A DNA stretch of 58,778 nt, filler included, from 3 parts of 3 records of this genome joined end to end with filler, not necessarily neighbours in it; one strand, 5' to 3'. Positions 10,589 through 20,555 are shown, numbered from the whole stretch's first letter. Notes: generated from the letters alone by a model not told the origin. Translations and numbers: made by a program.

Positions 10589-11059
10589 ATGACTGACGGA
10601 AAACTGCCCGACGGATTCCGTTTGCGTCCTGAATCGATGCTTTGTTTCGACATATACGCGACACATCACGCAATCAGCCAGACCTATCAGCCGCTGTTGT
10701 CGGAGCTTGGCCTGACCTATCCGCAGTATCTGGTCATGATCGTATTATGGGAACGCGACGGGCAGAGCGTCGGCGATCTTGGCGTCCGACTGGATCTCGC
10801 CTCTTCCACCCTCACTCCGCTGATCAAACGGCTGGAGAGCCAGGGACTGCTTGCGCGCAAACGGGATACCTCCGACGAGCGCAAGGTGCGGGTGACGCTT
10901 ACCAGCGCCGGACGGGCTCTCGAACAAAAAGCCAGCCACGTTCCGGCCTGCGTGGCCAAATCATTCGGGCTTTCGACCGGGGAATTCATCCAACTGCACG
11001 AGATGCTGGGCAAACTCAGGACTTCGCTAAAGACGCCAAGCGAGACGGAAGCAGCATAG
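10589..11059 (+). CDS. ohrR: MarR-family regulator OhrR
   Basis: N-terminal sensing Cys (MLCFDIY), LGLTYPQYLVM, TLTPLIKRLE and DERKV; divergent from ohr. Confidence 0.92.
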   Translation: MTDGKLPDGFRLRPESMLCFDIYATHHAISQTYQPLLSELGLTYPQYLVMIVLWERDGQSVGDLGVRLDLASSTLTPLIKRLESQGLLARKRDTSDERKVRVTLTSAGRALEQKASHVPACVAKSFGLSTGEFIQLHEMLGKLRTSLKTPSETEAA

Positions 11060-11121
11060 ACAAGAGCGCGGAAACGCTTGGGACGATAGTTTTGACCTGA
11101 ATCCGCCTGAACCAGACAGGT

Positions 11122-13260
11122 TCAGGCCTTTTTCACCCACACCCGCGAATCGTGGAACGCTGCGCCGCCATAAGGCGCGCAGGAATCGGCACCCGTGAGC
11201 GTGTTGATCCCCTCGCCGCCTTCGAAGGCGGAATTGGGCCAGAGGCCTTCATGGATCACCACGCCGCGGCGCTGGCCAGCGTCGAACCTTGCCGGCATGG
11301 CGAGGTCGCCACGGGTATTGCCGAGCCGCACCTTGTCGCCGTCGGCGATGCCGAGCATCGCGGCATCCTCCGGATGGATCAGCAATTCCGGGCGCTTTTC
11401 CTTGGCTTTCGACGATGGCGTTTCGGCAAAAGTGGAATTCAGGAACGAGCGCGCCGGCGATGTCGCCAGCCGGAACGGATGGTCGACATCGGCGCTTTCG
11501 ATCAGGTCGACATGATCGGGAAACTCGGGAAGCTGATCGACAGGTCCCTGCGGCCCCATGCGCTTGGGCGGCTTGTTGGCGGCGGGCGTGCCGGTCCAAT
11601 CCGGGCGGAAGCGATACTTGCCATCCTTGTGGCCGAAACCATTGAGGAAATGTGCGGTTTCGAATTCGACCTGCACATCGGCCCACTTGTCAGCCTTGAA
11701 GCTGTCAAAATCACCCAGATCGCGTTTCTTGAGCATGATGTCGATGTGCTGGCGCTCACTCAGGCCAAAACCTTCGCGGTCGCTGACACCAAGGCGCTTG
11801 CCGAGTTCCTCGATCACGTAATGGTTGGATCTGGGGCCTTCAGGCGGCTCAACCAGTTTCGGCCCAAGCACGATGTGCTGGTGACCGCCACCGCGGTAGA
11901 TATCGTCATGCTCGAGAAACATGGTGGCCGGCAGCACAACATCGGCATATTTGGCCGTGTCGGTCATGAATTGCTCGTGCACCGCGAGAAACAGATCCTC
12001 GCGTTTGAAGCCTTCAATGACCTTGCGCTGTTCCGGCGTCACATTGGCGGGATTGGTGTTCTGGATCAGCATGGCGGTGACCGGCGGACCGCCACCCAGC
12101 GCCTCGGCCTCGCCGGTCAGCACCCGGCCGATCTTCGACTGGTCAAGCCAGCGCAGCCCCGGGTCAAAATTCTTGCGGCCCTCGAGCAATGACTTGTCGA
12201 GCCGGAACAGGTCCGAATTGGAATGGAAGGCGCCGCCGCCTTCATACTGGTAGCTGCCGGTGCAGACTGCCAGCGAGAGTGCGGCATGCATGTTGACGGC
12301 ACCGTTGCGTTGCCGGGTAAAGCCGTACCCAAGCCGGAAGAAGGTCCGCTTTGTGGTGCCGACGAGCCGTGCAAACGCCTCGATTTCCGCCACGGGCACA
12401 CCGCAGATCGCTTCGGCCCACTCAGGAGTCCGGTCCTGCAAATGTGATTCAAGACCCGCCGGGTCGTCACTGTATTTGTTGAGATAATCGCGATCGGCCA
12501 GTCCCTCGCGAAACAGCACATGCATCACCGCGCAGGCAAAAGCGCCATCGGTGCCGGGCTTGAGCAGAACCTTGATATCAGCCTGCTTCATGGTTGGTGT
12601 GTCATAGATGTCGATGACCACGATCTTGGCGCCGCGCTGCTTGCGGGCGCGCATGGCATGGGTCATGACATTGACCTGGGTAGACACCGCATTTGTGCCC
12701 CAGATCACGACGCAATCGGACTTTGCCATTTCGCGCGGATCGGAGCCGCGCATGGCCCCTGCCCCCATGGCAAAGCCGGTCCAGGCCATGTTGGTGCAAA
12801 AACTGTCAAACTGGTTGGAGTAGCCCTTGGCGTGCCGCAGCCGGTGAATACCGTCGCGCTGAACCAGCCCCATGGTTCCGGCGTAGTAGTTGAGCCAGAC
12901 GGTTTCCGGCCCGAACCTGGCTTCCGCCTGTTCGAATTTTTCAGCGATCAGATCAAGGGCTGCGTCAAAGCTTGCCTCTTTCCACTGCCCCTCACCTTTC
13001 GCATCTGTACGTATCAGCGGCTTGAGCAGCCGGTCGGGATGGTTGACCCGCTCCGAATAGCGCGCCACCTTGGCGCAGATGACGCCCGCGGTGTAGCTGT
13101 TGGCGGGATCGCCACGCACACGGCCGATTCGGTTGTGCGACAGCAATTCGACTTCCAGTGCGCAGGTCGACGGGCAATCATGCGGACAGGCCGAATGGCC
13201 GATGGCCGTGGCGGCTGCGGAATCGAGGGAGGCGGAATCAATGGGGGTCGCGTCGTTCAT
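11122..13260 (-). CDS. Molybdopterin oxidoreductase family protein (cytoplasmic, N-terminal Fe-S motif)
   Basis: CPHDCPSTC...GVICAK, DRLLKPL, DTAKYADVVLPAT and a C-terminal molybdopterin dinucleotide-binding domain; start 13260. Confidence 0.9.
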   Translation of the reverse strand: MNDATPIDSASLDSAAATAIGHSACPHDCPSTCALEVELLSHNRIGRVRGDPANSYTAGVICAKVARYSERVNHPDRLLKPLIRTDAKGEGQWKEASFDAALDLIAEKFEQAEARFGPETVWLNYYAGTMGLVQRDGIHRLRHAKGYSNQFDSFCTNMAWTGFAMGAGAMRGSDPREMAKSDCVVIWGTNAVSTQVNVMTHAMRARKQRGAKIVVIDIYDTPTMKQADIKVLLKPGTDGAFACAVMHVLFREGLADRDYLNKYSDDPAGLESHLQDRTPEWAEAICGVPVAEIEAFARLVGTTKRTFFRLGYGFTRQRNGAVNMHAALSLAVCTGSYQYEGGGAFHSNSDLFRLDKSLLEGRKNFDPGLRWLDQSKIGRVLTGEAEALGGGPPVTAMLIQNTNPANVTPEQRKVIEGFKREDLFLAVHEQFMTDTAKYADVVLPATMFLEHDDIYRGGGHQHIVLGPKLVEPPEGPRSNHYVIEELGKRLGVSDREGFGLSERQHIDIMLKKRDLGDFDSFKADKWADVQVEFETAHFLNGFGHKDGKYRFRPDWTGTPAANKPPKRMGPQGPVDQLPEFPDHVDLIESADVDHPFRLATSPARSFLNSTFAETPSSKAKEKRPELLIHPEDAAMLGIADGDKVRLGNTRGDLAMPARFDAGQRRGVVIHEGLWPNSAFEGGEGINTLTGADSCAPYGGAAFHDSRVWVKKA

Positions 13261-13345
13261 GCTTTCTCTATAAGAGAATTTGCGACGCCGCGCCACGTTG
13301 CGCGCGCGTCCATCAGATCAAATCAGGGACGAATCACGCCAGACG

Positions 13346-14218
13346 ATGAATTACCGCCACAGCTATCATGCGGGCAATTTCGCCGATGTGCTCAAGCACG
13401 CGGTGCTGGCCCAGATCATCACCTATCTCAAGCGCAAGGATCAGGCGTTCCGCGTCATCGATACCCATGCGGGTATCGGGGTCTACAATCTGTCTTCCGT
13501 CGAGGCGCAGAAGACAGGCGAATGGCGCGACGGCATCGGCCGGGTGATCGGCGCGAAAATTTCTGCCGAACTGAAAGAATTTCTGGCGCCATGGCTTGCG
13601 GCTGTCGAGACGCTCAATCCGGAAGGCGGCGTCAGCCACTATCCGGGATCGCCCAGAATTGCACGGCTGGTGATGCGCAAGCAGGACCGGCTGACGGCGA
13701 TCGAGCTGCACCCGGAAGACGCGCAACAGCTCCGAAGCGCTTTTGAGGGCGATTACCAGACCAGGGTCATCGAGCTTGATGGCTGGCTTTCTCTGGGCGC
13801 GCATCTGCCTCCCAAGGAGAAGCGTGGCCTGGTGCTGATCGATCCGCCTTTCGAGGCCGAGGGAGAATATGACCGGATGATCGACGGGCTGGCGCGGGCA
13901 ACGCGGCGGTTTCCCGGCGGCACCTATATGTTGTGGCACCCGATCAAGGCGGACAGCCCACTTGCAGCATTCGACAAGAAACTGATCGCCCTGGGGCGCC
14001 CGAGAACGCTCACGGTGCGGCTGATGGCGCGCGACAACATAACCGCGCCGGGGCTCAACGGATCGGGGCTGGTGATCATCAACCCGCCGTTTACACTGGA
14101 AGCAGACCTCAAACAGGTCCTGCCCGAACTGACCCGGCTGCTGGCACAAGGCCCTGGCGCGAGATCGGACGTCCGGATGCTTGTTGGCGAGAACCAGGAC
14201 AACGGGAAACGGGGTTAG
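13346..14218 (+). CDS. rlmJ: 23S rRNA m6A2030 methyltransferase
   Basis: MNYRHSYHAGNFADVLKH, DTHAG, YPGSP and IDPPFE motifs. Confidence 0.95.
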   Translation: MNYRHSYHAGNFADVLKHAVLAQIITYLKRKDQAFRVIDTHAGIGVYNLSSVEAQKTGEWRDGIGRVIGAKISAELKEFLAPWLAAVETLNPEGGVSHYPGSPRIARLVMRKQDRLTAIELHPEDAQQLRSAFEGDYQTRVIELDGWLSLGAHLPPKEKRGLVLIDPPFEAEGEYDRMIDGLARATRRFPGGTYMLWHPIKADSPLAAFDKKLIALGRPRTLTVRLMARDNITAPGLNGSGLVIINPPFTLEADLKQVLPELTRLLAQGPGARSDVRMLVGENQDNGKRG

Positions 14219-14254
14219 AGGCTCCTGAACCGAATTTCAGCTCTGGCACAAACT

Positions 14255-15733
14255 CTAAGCCGCGTCAGCCCGTTGTGTTGATGCGGATTCCAACGATTTT
14301 GCTGACGCCGAAGATATCACGCGGTTCCGCCCTGAACCTTTTGCGGTATAGAGGGCTGCGTCAGCAACTCTTATGAGATCTTCCGGTCTTGCAGTCTGCG
14401 GACTCCGGCTCGCACACCCAATGCTGACTGTCAGGCCGATATCCTGGGACAACCTGCTGACTATCGGGGTGTTTTCAACAGCTTTCCGCAACCGCTCGGC
14501 CAGTGCAACAGCGCTGTTCACATCGGTCTCAGGAAGGATGACCGCGAATTCCTCGCCGCCGTAACGGGTCAGCACATCGCCCTCTCTTATTAGCTCCCCT
14601 AACAGCTTGGCAACAGCCTGCAACACGTCATCGCCTGTCTGATGACCATGGGTGTCATTTACGCGCTTGAAGAAATCAATATCGACCATAAGCAGCGACA
14701 GCGGACGATGATGGCGATCAGCGCTCGTAAACTCCACCAACAGCCGCTCATCAAAGGCCGCGCGATTAAACACGCCCGTCAGGCCATCGTGTGACGAGCG
14801 CAGTTCAAGCTCGTGATACAGTTTTTGAAGTGTGCTGGAAGCCAGGTTGAAAGCCCGACCAAGTTGCCCCAGTTCGTCTGTGGCGTTACGAATCCTGACC
14901 TTGTGGGAAAAATCCATTTCGCGCAGCCTGGCGGCAGCGATCCGAAGGTCCGCGATGGGCTGCAGAATCGAGTGCCCGACCATTCGGCCTATGCCGATCA
15001 ACAAGCCTAGACCGATAACAAGGCCGACAAGCATGACAAAAAACGCCTTTTCACCAGAGGCTTGAGCGGCAAACAAGCGCTTCTGCAAATCCTGCATCGA
15101 AAGTTGATAATATCTTTTGAACACGTCATGAACTGGATCAATTGCCAATTGCGCGCTCTTTAAAGCTTCCGCGGCTTGAATTGATCGGGGGGCACTGAGG
15201 AACAAATCATCGAACCTTTTCCTGGCCTGCTGCCACACCCGATTGGTTTCGACCAGAGAAATGCTCGAATGAGCGTGGTCAACCGAACCGGTCTCCGCCT
15301 CGATCCGGGCCAATTCATTGAGTTGTTTGCCGATGTGTTCAACGAGCGTTTTGTAATGGATTGACGCTGCCTCATCGCCCTCGATCACATATCGATATGC
15401 TGCGTGATCCACTTCACTCAGATCGACTTGAAGCAGATGAATAGGCATCATCTCCAGACGCACCTCTTCCACGCTGAGCTGAAAGGTGTTGAGGATGGCG
15501 CGGCTTGAAACAAGCGAGATCCCTGCCATCATCACAAGCCCCAGAACGGCCAGTCCGAACGCATACTGAAATCTGACATTGATCGATTTATGGAAAGGAT
15601 AGGTCAGTCTGGAAACAAGCCTGCTGAACCGGCCGGAAGCTCTCCAACGACAGCTGGACCGGTGAGCTGATTGCGAACCGGCTTTGCCAGCGTAGTCTGG
15701 CCTGGCCTTTCGGAGTTTCCGTAGATATTCCAA
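14255..15733 (-). CDS. Membrane diguanylate cyclase (periplasmic sensor-HAMP-GGDEF)
   Basis: Two TM segments, HAMP (DELGQLGRAFN), DGLTGVFNR, DIDFFKRVND, intact RxxD I-site (REGD) and GGEEF. Start codon uncertain. Confidence 0.9.
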   Translation of the reverse strand: MEYLRKLRKARPDYAGKAGSQSAHRSSCRWRASGRFSRLVSRLTYPFHKSINVRFQYAFGLAVLGLVMMAGISLVSSRAILNTFQLSVEEVRLEMMPIHLLQVDLSEVDHAAYRYVIEGDEAASIHYKTLVEHIGKQLNELARIEAETGSVDHAHSSISLVETNRVWQQARKRFDDLFLSAPRSIQAAEALKSAQLAIDPVHDVFKRYYQLSMQDLQKRLFAAQASGEKAFFVMLVGLVIGLGLLIGIGRMVGHSILQPIADLRIAAARLREMDFSHKVRIRNATDELGQLGRAFNLASSTLQKLYHELELRSSHDGLTGVFNRAAFDERLLVEFTSADRHHRPLSLLMVDIDFFKRVNDTHGHQTGDDVLQAVAKLLGELIREGDVLTRYGGEEFAVILPETDVNSAVALAERLRKAVENTPIVSRLSQDIGLTVSIGCASRSPQTARPEDLIRVADAALYTAKGSGRNRVISSASAKSLESASTQRADAA

Positions 15734-15871
15734 GCACGCCCCCCAATTCGATCATGTTTTCTGACCGTATTCCGTAGATTTTGACATATCTATTTTTAGC
15801 AAAATCTAATTCACTGATTTGAATTTGACTAAAACTTTATCTTATTGCTGGGCCCGTATAATATTAGGGGT

Positions 15872-15886
15872 TTAATGAGGCATTAA
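15872..15886. promoter_or_regulatory. CtrA-type box TTAA-N7-TTAA
   Basis: TTAA TGAGGCA TTAA in the AT-rich region upstream of the diguanylate cyclase. Confidence 0.6.
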
Positions 15887-16059
15887 GTGCGGCCACTGAA
15901 CCGCCTCCCGCTATCCGGTTTCGATGACCATGGGGCGAATGCCCCATGAGTATGCAAGCCCGCTCAGTGATGTCGCTGGAAGACGCGGCGGCTTCGCCCT
16001 TGCCCAAGAGCGCCGGCACACCTTATACCGTGACTCGCATCCTGTTTGGAGGACCGGTC

Positions 16060-16482
16060 ATGACCATGAAAAGCCTGATTATCGCCATTGCAACGACGCT
16101 CGCCGTCTCGCTTTCGAGTTTTGCAAGTCCTGCCCTTGCCTTCGGTGGCAGCAACTTCCCCGCCTGTGACGCGCCGCAGGTGCTGTCTTACATCCAGAAA
16201 CGGTTTGTCTGGAATGACCGTCACGTGCTCAAGCGCGGATTGGCGATCGAGACCATTGATCGCGTGCACAGCAACCGCACCCGGTACGGCAACGAGTACT
16301 GGTCGATCCCCCGGCTTTACTGCCATGGCACGGCTTATATGAATGATGGCCACAAGCGCCAGATCTGGTGGCTGATCGAAGGTGGTCAGGGCTTTGCCGG
16401 GATAGGCGACAATCTCGAATACTGCATCTCCGGGCTCGACCCGCTGAAGGTTCATGGCGCCTGGTGCAAATCGGTTCGCTGA
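16060..16482 (+). CDS. Hypothetical secreted protein with four Cys
   Basis: GGAGG RBS before ATG 16060, signal peptide ending ALA, directly upstream of RNase T2. Confidence 0.75.
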   Translation: MTMKSLIIAIATTLAVSLSSFASPALAFGGSNFPACDAPQVLSYIQKRFVWNDRHVLKRGLAIETIDRVHSNRTRYGNEYWSIPRLYCHGTAYMNDGHKRQIWWLIEGGQGFAGIGDNLEYCISGLDPLKVHGAWCKSVR

Positions 16483-16489
16483 CCAGGTC

Positions 16490-17200
16490 ATGACGAAAAC
16501 CAGTCTGCTCAGGATTCTGCTGGCCTTGCCGGTTCTTGCGCTGCTTGCCGCCTGTGCCGACGAAGGCACGCCGCCGGCGCAGGCAGGCACCAGCGAGGCT
16601 GCCTCTGGCGTGGTTGACGCACCCCAGGGGTCGGGGTTTGATTTCTATGTGCTGGCGCTGTCCTGGTCGCCTGCCTACTGCCTGGTCGAAGGGGACCGCG
16701 CCAACCAGCAGCAATGCGCAGATGACCGCGACCTGGGATTTGTCGTGCACGGTCTCTGGCCGCAATATGAGTCGGGTTACCCCGAGTTCTGCCCCTCTCG
16801 CGAACCCGACCGGGTGCCCTCGCAACTGGGACGCAACTATCTCGATATTGTGCCTTCGATGGGATTGATCGGTCATCAATGGCGCAAGCACGGATCATGC
16901 TCGGGGCTGTCTCAGGCCAACTATCTTAAAGTACTCCGGGCTGCCCGGAACCGCATCAAAGTGCCGAACGCCTTTGCGCTTGACCAATTGCCTGCGCGAA
17001 TCGATGCGTTCGAAGCCGAGAATGCCTTTATCGCAGCCAATCCCGGCATGGAGCGGGATGGTATCGCCATCAGTTGCGAGCGCGGGCTTCTTCGCGAGGT
17101 CCGGATCTGCATGACACCGTCGCTTGAGTATCGCAGCTGTGGCGAGATTGACCGCAGCGGCTGCAAGATCAGAAACCTGAACCTTCCCGAACCGGGCTGA
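16490..17200 (+). CDS. Ribonuclease T2 family lipoprotein
   Basis: Lipobox LAAC; FYVLALSWSP, CAS I FVVHGLWP and CAS II HQWRKHGSC. Confidence 0.93.
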   Translation: MTKTSLLRILLALPVLALLAACADEGTPPAQAGTSEAASGVVDAPQGSGFDFYVLALSWSPAYCLVEGDRANQQQCADDRDLGFVVHGLWPQYESGYPEFCPSREPDRVPSQLGRNYLDIVPSMGLIGHQWRKHGSCSGLSQANYLKVLRAARNRIKVPNAFALDQLPARIDAFEAENAFIAANPGMERDGIAISCERGLLREVRICMTPSLEYRSCGEIDRSGCKIRNLNLPEPG

Positions 17201-17237
17201 GCCCTGCAGGCTGTTTTTACGAAGAAAAGAGAAGACC

Positions 17238-17837
17238 ATGATGAAAATCCTCTATTCGCCCGCCTCCCCCTATTCGGCCAAGGTCCGGATGGCCGCAAAA
17301 TTCGCCGGTCTCGACGCTGAAGCCGTGCTCACCGACACCAATGCCGCGCCGGACGAACTGATCGACAACAATCCGCTGGGCAAGATCCCCACGCTGATTA
17401 CCGATGAAGGCCAGTCGGTCTTCGACAGCCGCGCCATCATGCAGTTTATCGACCGTGCCGGTGGCAAGCGCATTTACCCTCGCAACGCCGCCAAGCGCAC
17501 CGATGCGGAAGTCATGGAAGCCCTGGCCGACGGCATTTGCGATTGCCTGCTGGCGATCATGTACGAGCGCCGGTTCCGGCCGGCCGAGATCGTGCATCAG
17601 GAATGGATCGACAAGCAGTGGACCAAGGCAACCCGGGCGCTAGACTACCTAGAAGCCAACCTGCCGCGGATCACCAAGGCACCCAACGGCGGACATTTCG
17701 CCGTCGCTGCCTTGATCGGTTACCTGTCCCTGCGGTTTGACGGGCAGTGGGAACGCGGACGGCCAAAGCTCAAGCGCTGGAGCGCCAAGTTTGCGACAAG
17801 TTTCCCGGAACTCGACGCCATGTTGCCAAAAGCGTGA
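17238..17837 (+). CDS. Glutathione S-transferase family protein
   Basis: SPASPYSAKVR, NPLGKIPTL and FDSRAI motifs. Confidence 0.92.
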   Translation: MMKILYSPASPYSAKVRMAAKFAGLDAEAVLTDTNAAPDELIDNNPLGKIPTLITDEGQSVFDSRAIMQFIDRAGGKRIYPRNAAKRTDAEVMEALADGICDCLLAIMYERRFRPAEIVHQEWIDKQWTKATRALDYLEANLPRITKAPNGGHFAVAALIGYLSLRFDGQWERGRPKLKRWSAKFATSFPELDAMLPKA

Positions 17838-18220
17838 CGCTGCGGCCCGATAAAGAAGTCGGGATCGCCCACATGTTTGCCGCTGCCCGCTATTCGCTGG
17901 GCGGCGTCAAACGGCTATGGGGCGAAACCGCCTTCCGGCACGAGGTGCTGGCCTTTGCCCTGATCACAGGGATGTTCCTTCTCGCCGGCGCACCGCTCTG
18001 GGGCTATGTCGGGGCGAGCCTGATCTTCCTGCTGACTGTCTCGATAGAGGCGCTGAATACCGCAGTGGAAGAAATCACCGATCACGCCTCGCCCGACTAT
18101 TCAGACATGGCCCGCCACGCCAAGGATCTCGGGTCCTTCGCGGTGTTCTGCCTGTTGCTGGCCAACGGAATATGGGCGGCCTACGTTCTGGGTACACTCT
18201 GGATGGCAACTGCTGGCTGA
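17834..18220 (+). CDS. dgkA: Diacylglycerol kinase
   Basis: ETAFRHE, EALNTAVEE and AKDLGSFAV motifs; GTG start overlaps the GST stop. Confidence 0.9.
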   Translation: MTLRPDKEVGIAHMFAAARYSLGGVKRLWGETAFRHEVLAFALITGMFLLAGAPLWGYVGASLIFLLTVSIEALNTAVEEITDHASPDYSDMARHAKDLGSFAVFCLLLANGIWAAYVLGTLWMATAG

Positions 18221-18268
18221 CTGTTTGGCGTCTTCAATCCCGGCCGTATACGGGTTTGATTTCCGGGA

Positions 18269-18877
18269 TTACGACTGAACCGGTGCCATCCTTAACCGTT
18301 CCAGATCTTCAACCATGTCTTCGGCCAGTGCGGTCAGCTTGGCCTGATCCATGCCGCGGTGCAGCTCGATCCTGAGCGCGTTGATGTTGGACTGGTAACG
18401 ACGGGCCAATCGCCAGGAATCAAGTTCCTGCGGCAGCTCACCGATTGCCTTGGCGCGATCGATCACAGCCGCAAAATCCGCCTGCATCTCCTCAATGTAA
18501 CCATTCGCCCGTTCAGCGATGGCTGCATCCGTCGCGGTCGTATCGATGACGGTCTTGATCAGCATGCAGGCCTGACCTCGCGGCTCTTCCGAGCGTGACC
18601 GGGCCAGTTGCAGCAGATAATTCGACATTGCCCCCAGTGGCGATGCCGCGTCCTGCATATCCCGCGCAAAAGCCGCACGGGATGCTTGGAAAAAGCGCTC
18701 CAGTGCCGCCAGATAGAGTGCTTCCTTGCTCGAAAACGCAGCATAGATGCTGCCTGGCTTCATCTGGAGCGCGGCTTCGAGATCCTTCAGCGAGGTCGCA
18801 TGATACCCCTTTGACCAGAAAAGGTGCACGGCCGCGTTAAGCGCGGTCTCACGATCATATGGGCGGGCACGTTTCAT
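18269..18877 (-). CDS. TetR/AcrR family regulator
   Basis: HTH region FWSKGYHATSLKDL...SIYAAFSSKEAL. Confidence 0.92.
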   Translation of the reverse strand: MKRARPYDRETALNAAVHLFWSKGYHATSLKDLEAALQMKPGSIYAAFSSKEALYLAALERFFQASRAAFARDMQDAASPLGAMSNYLLQLARSRSEEPRGQACMLIKTVIDTTATDAAIAERANGYIEEMQADFAAVIDRAKAIGELPQELDSWRLARRYQSNINALRIELHRGMDQAKLTALAEDMVEDLERLRMAPVQS

Positions 18878-18943
18878 GATGTCTCCTGCTTCGGCAACTT
18901 TATCCGTTTTGTCTATCAATGGGTACAGGTTCCGTAAATCACG

Positions 18944-18984
18944 TTTGAGTGATCGCTCAAATCCGCTATTGAGTGATCACTCAA
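18944..18984. promoter_or_regulatory. Tandem palindromic TetR operators
   Basis: TTTGAGTGATCGCTCAAA (18944-18961) and perfect TTGAGTGATCACTCAA (18969-18984) in the divergent promoter region. Confidence 0.8.
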
Positions 18985-19044
18985 ATCGCGTTTATACAGA
19001 CCAAGTCCGAAACCGGACACACTTGCAATTTCCAGGAGAAACCG

Positions 19045-19599
19045 ATGACTGACTTTCCGCTGCACGACGAAGCCACCGCCCCCGAGGAAAGCAAGACGAT
19101 GCTTGCTGAATCAAGAAAGCAGAATGGCATGATCCCCGGACTGCACGGCACGATGGCGGAAGCACCCGGCCTTCTCGCCAGTTACCGTTTCGTCCACGAG
19201 CAATTTGTCAATTCCAGCTTTGACAAGGACGAGCTGACCGTTGTCTGGCAAACAGTCAATGTCGAGCACGCCTGCCATTACTGCGTCCCTGCGCACACGG
19301 CTATTGCCAAGGGCATGAAGGTTGATGATGCCATCACCGATGCGCTGCGGACCGAAACGCCGATGCCGAACGCCCGTCTGGAAGCACTGCGCAGCTTTAC
19401 GCTGAGCGTTGTGCGCAACCGCGGCGATGTAGACGATGCAGCCGTGCAGGCGTTCCTCGACGCTGGCTTTACCAAGCGTCAAGTCCTCGAGGTTGTTCTG
19501 GGTGTGGCCCAAAAAGTGATGTCGAATTATACCAACCATCTGGCTCAGACACCGGTCGATGCACCGTTCCAGAAATTCGACTGGCAGAAGGCGGCTTGA
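19045..19599 (+). CDS. Carboxymuconolactone decarboxylase/AhpD-like protein
   Basis: CHYCVPAH CxxC motif; AGGAGA RBS before ATG 19045. Confidence 0.88.
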   Translation: MTDFPLHDEATAPEESKTMLAESRKQNGMIPGLHGTMAEAPGLLASYRFVHEQFVNSSFDKDELTVVWQTVNVEHACHYCVPAHTAIAKGMKVDDAITDALRTETPMPNARLEALRSFTLSVVRNRGDVDDAAVQAFLDAGFTKRQVLEVVLGVAQKVMSNYTNHLAQTPVDAPFQKFDWQKAA

Positions 19600-19779
19600 A
19601 TTGTCTGCGCGGGTTCGGACTGTTCCGGACCCGCGCACTACGCAATTCAGGAAACAGCCCACCGGATGTCGCTCAAATGCGATGCGGTAGCGGCTCGGCT
19701 ACTCCCGTGCTGGCAATTCTCACTCGCCGCATTACCTGTGTCAAAGCCACAGTTTGAAAATCATACGATCGGAACCATC

Positions 19780-20433
19780 ATGACAGAAACACCCCAACAA
19801 CTTCGGATCGACATCATTTCGGATGTCGTATGTCCGTGGTGCATCGTCGGCTACAGCCAGCTGAAGCAGGCGCTTGAGACCACCGGGACGGCGCATGAAA
19901 TCCACTGGCATCCGTTCGAACTCAATCCGGAAATGGGCCCCGAAGGCCAGAATCTGGCCGAACACATCACCGAGAAATACGGCAGCACCCGCGAGCAGTC
20001 GCTGGAAAGCCGAAGCCAGTTGACCCAACTGGGCACCGGACTGGGGTTCGAGTTCAATTTCGCTGATGACATGCGGATGCACAACACATTCAACGCGCAC
20101 CAGTTGATCCACTGGGCCAACACGCAGAATCTCGGCAACGCGCTGGAGCAAGCCCTGTTTTCGGCCCATTTCACGCACCGGCGTGACCTGTCGGACATTA
20201 ATGTGCTGGTTGAAGTGGCGCGGGAAGCAGGCCTTGATACCACCGAGGCAAAGGCCGTGCTTGACGACCAGCGCTTTGCCGAAGACGTGCGAAAGATCGA
20301 AAGCTTCTGGGTTCAGCAGGGCATCCGCGGTGTGCCGGCCGTTGTTTTTGATCAAAAGCACCTCGTTACCGGCGCCCAGGGGACCGAGAACTACACCAGC
20401 ATTCTCAAGCAGCTTGCCGGCGCAGACGCCTGA
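19780..20433 (+). CDS. DsbA-family FrnE-like oxidoreductase
   Basis: SDVVCPWC, WHPFELNP and GIRGVP motifs. Confidence 0.9.
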   Translation: MTETPQQLRIDIISDVVCPWCIVGYSQLKQALETTGTAHEIHWHPFELNPEMGPEGQNLAEHITEKYGSTREQSLESRSQLTQLGTGLGFEFNFADDMRMHNTFNAHQLIHWANTQNLGNALEQALFSAHFTHRRDLSDINVLVEVAREAGLDTTEAKAVLDDQRFAEDVRKIESFWVQQGIRGVPAVVFDQKHLVTGAQGTENYTSILKQLAGADA

Positions 20434-20500
20434 CGCAATTTCGCTCTGCAGCAAGGTCCGTTTCATAGTTTTACTGAAGAACCGGATGCTCCGGAGAATC

Positions 20501-20532
20501 AAAAAGCCCGGACGATGTCTCGTCCGGGCTTT
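20501..20532 (-). terminator. Rho-independent terminator of the omp gene (possibly bidirectional)
   Basis: AAAAAGCCCGGACGA-TGTC-TCGTCCGGGCTTT. Confidence 0.8.
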
Positions 20533-20555
20533 CCGCGTTCAAGAGGTCTGACTGA

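Noticed and set aside
9980-20532. Similar AAAAAGCCCGGA...TCCGGGCTTT sequences at 9980 and 20501 as mobile-element ends
   Set aside because: Both are ordinary intrinsic terminators downstream of minus-strand genes, and their loops differ.
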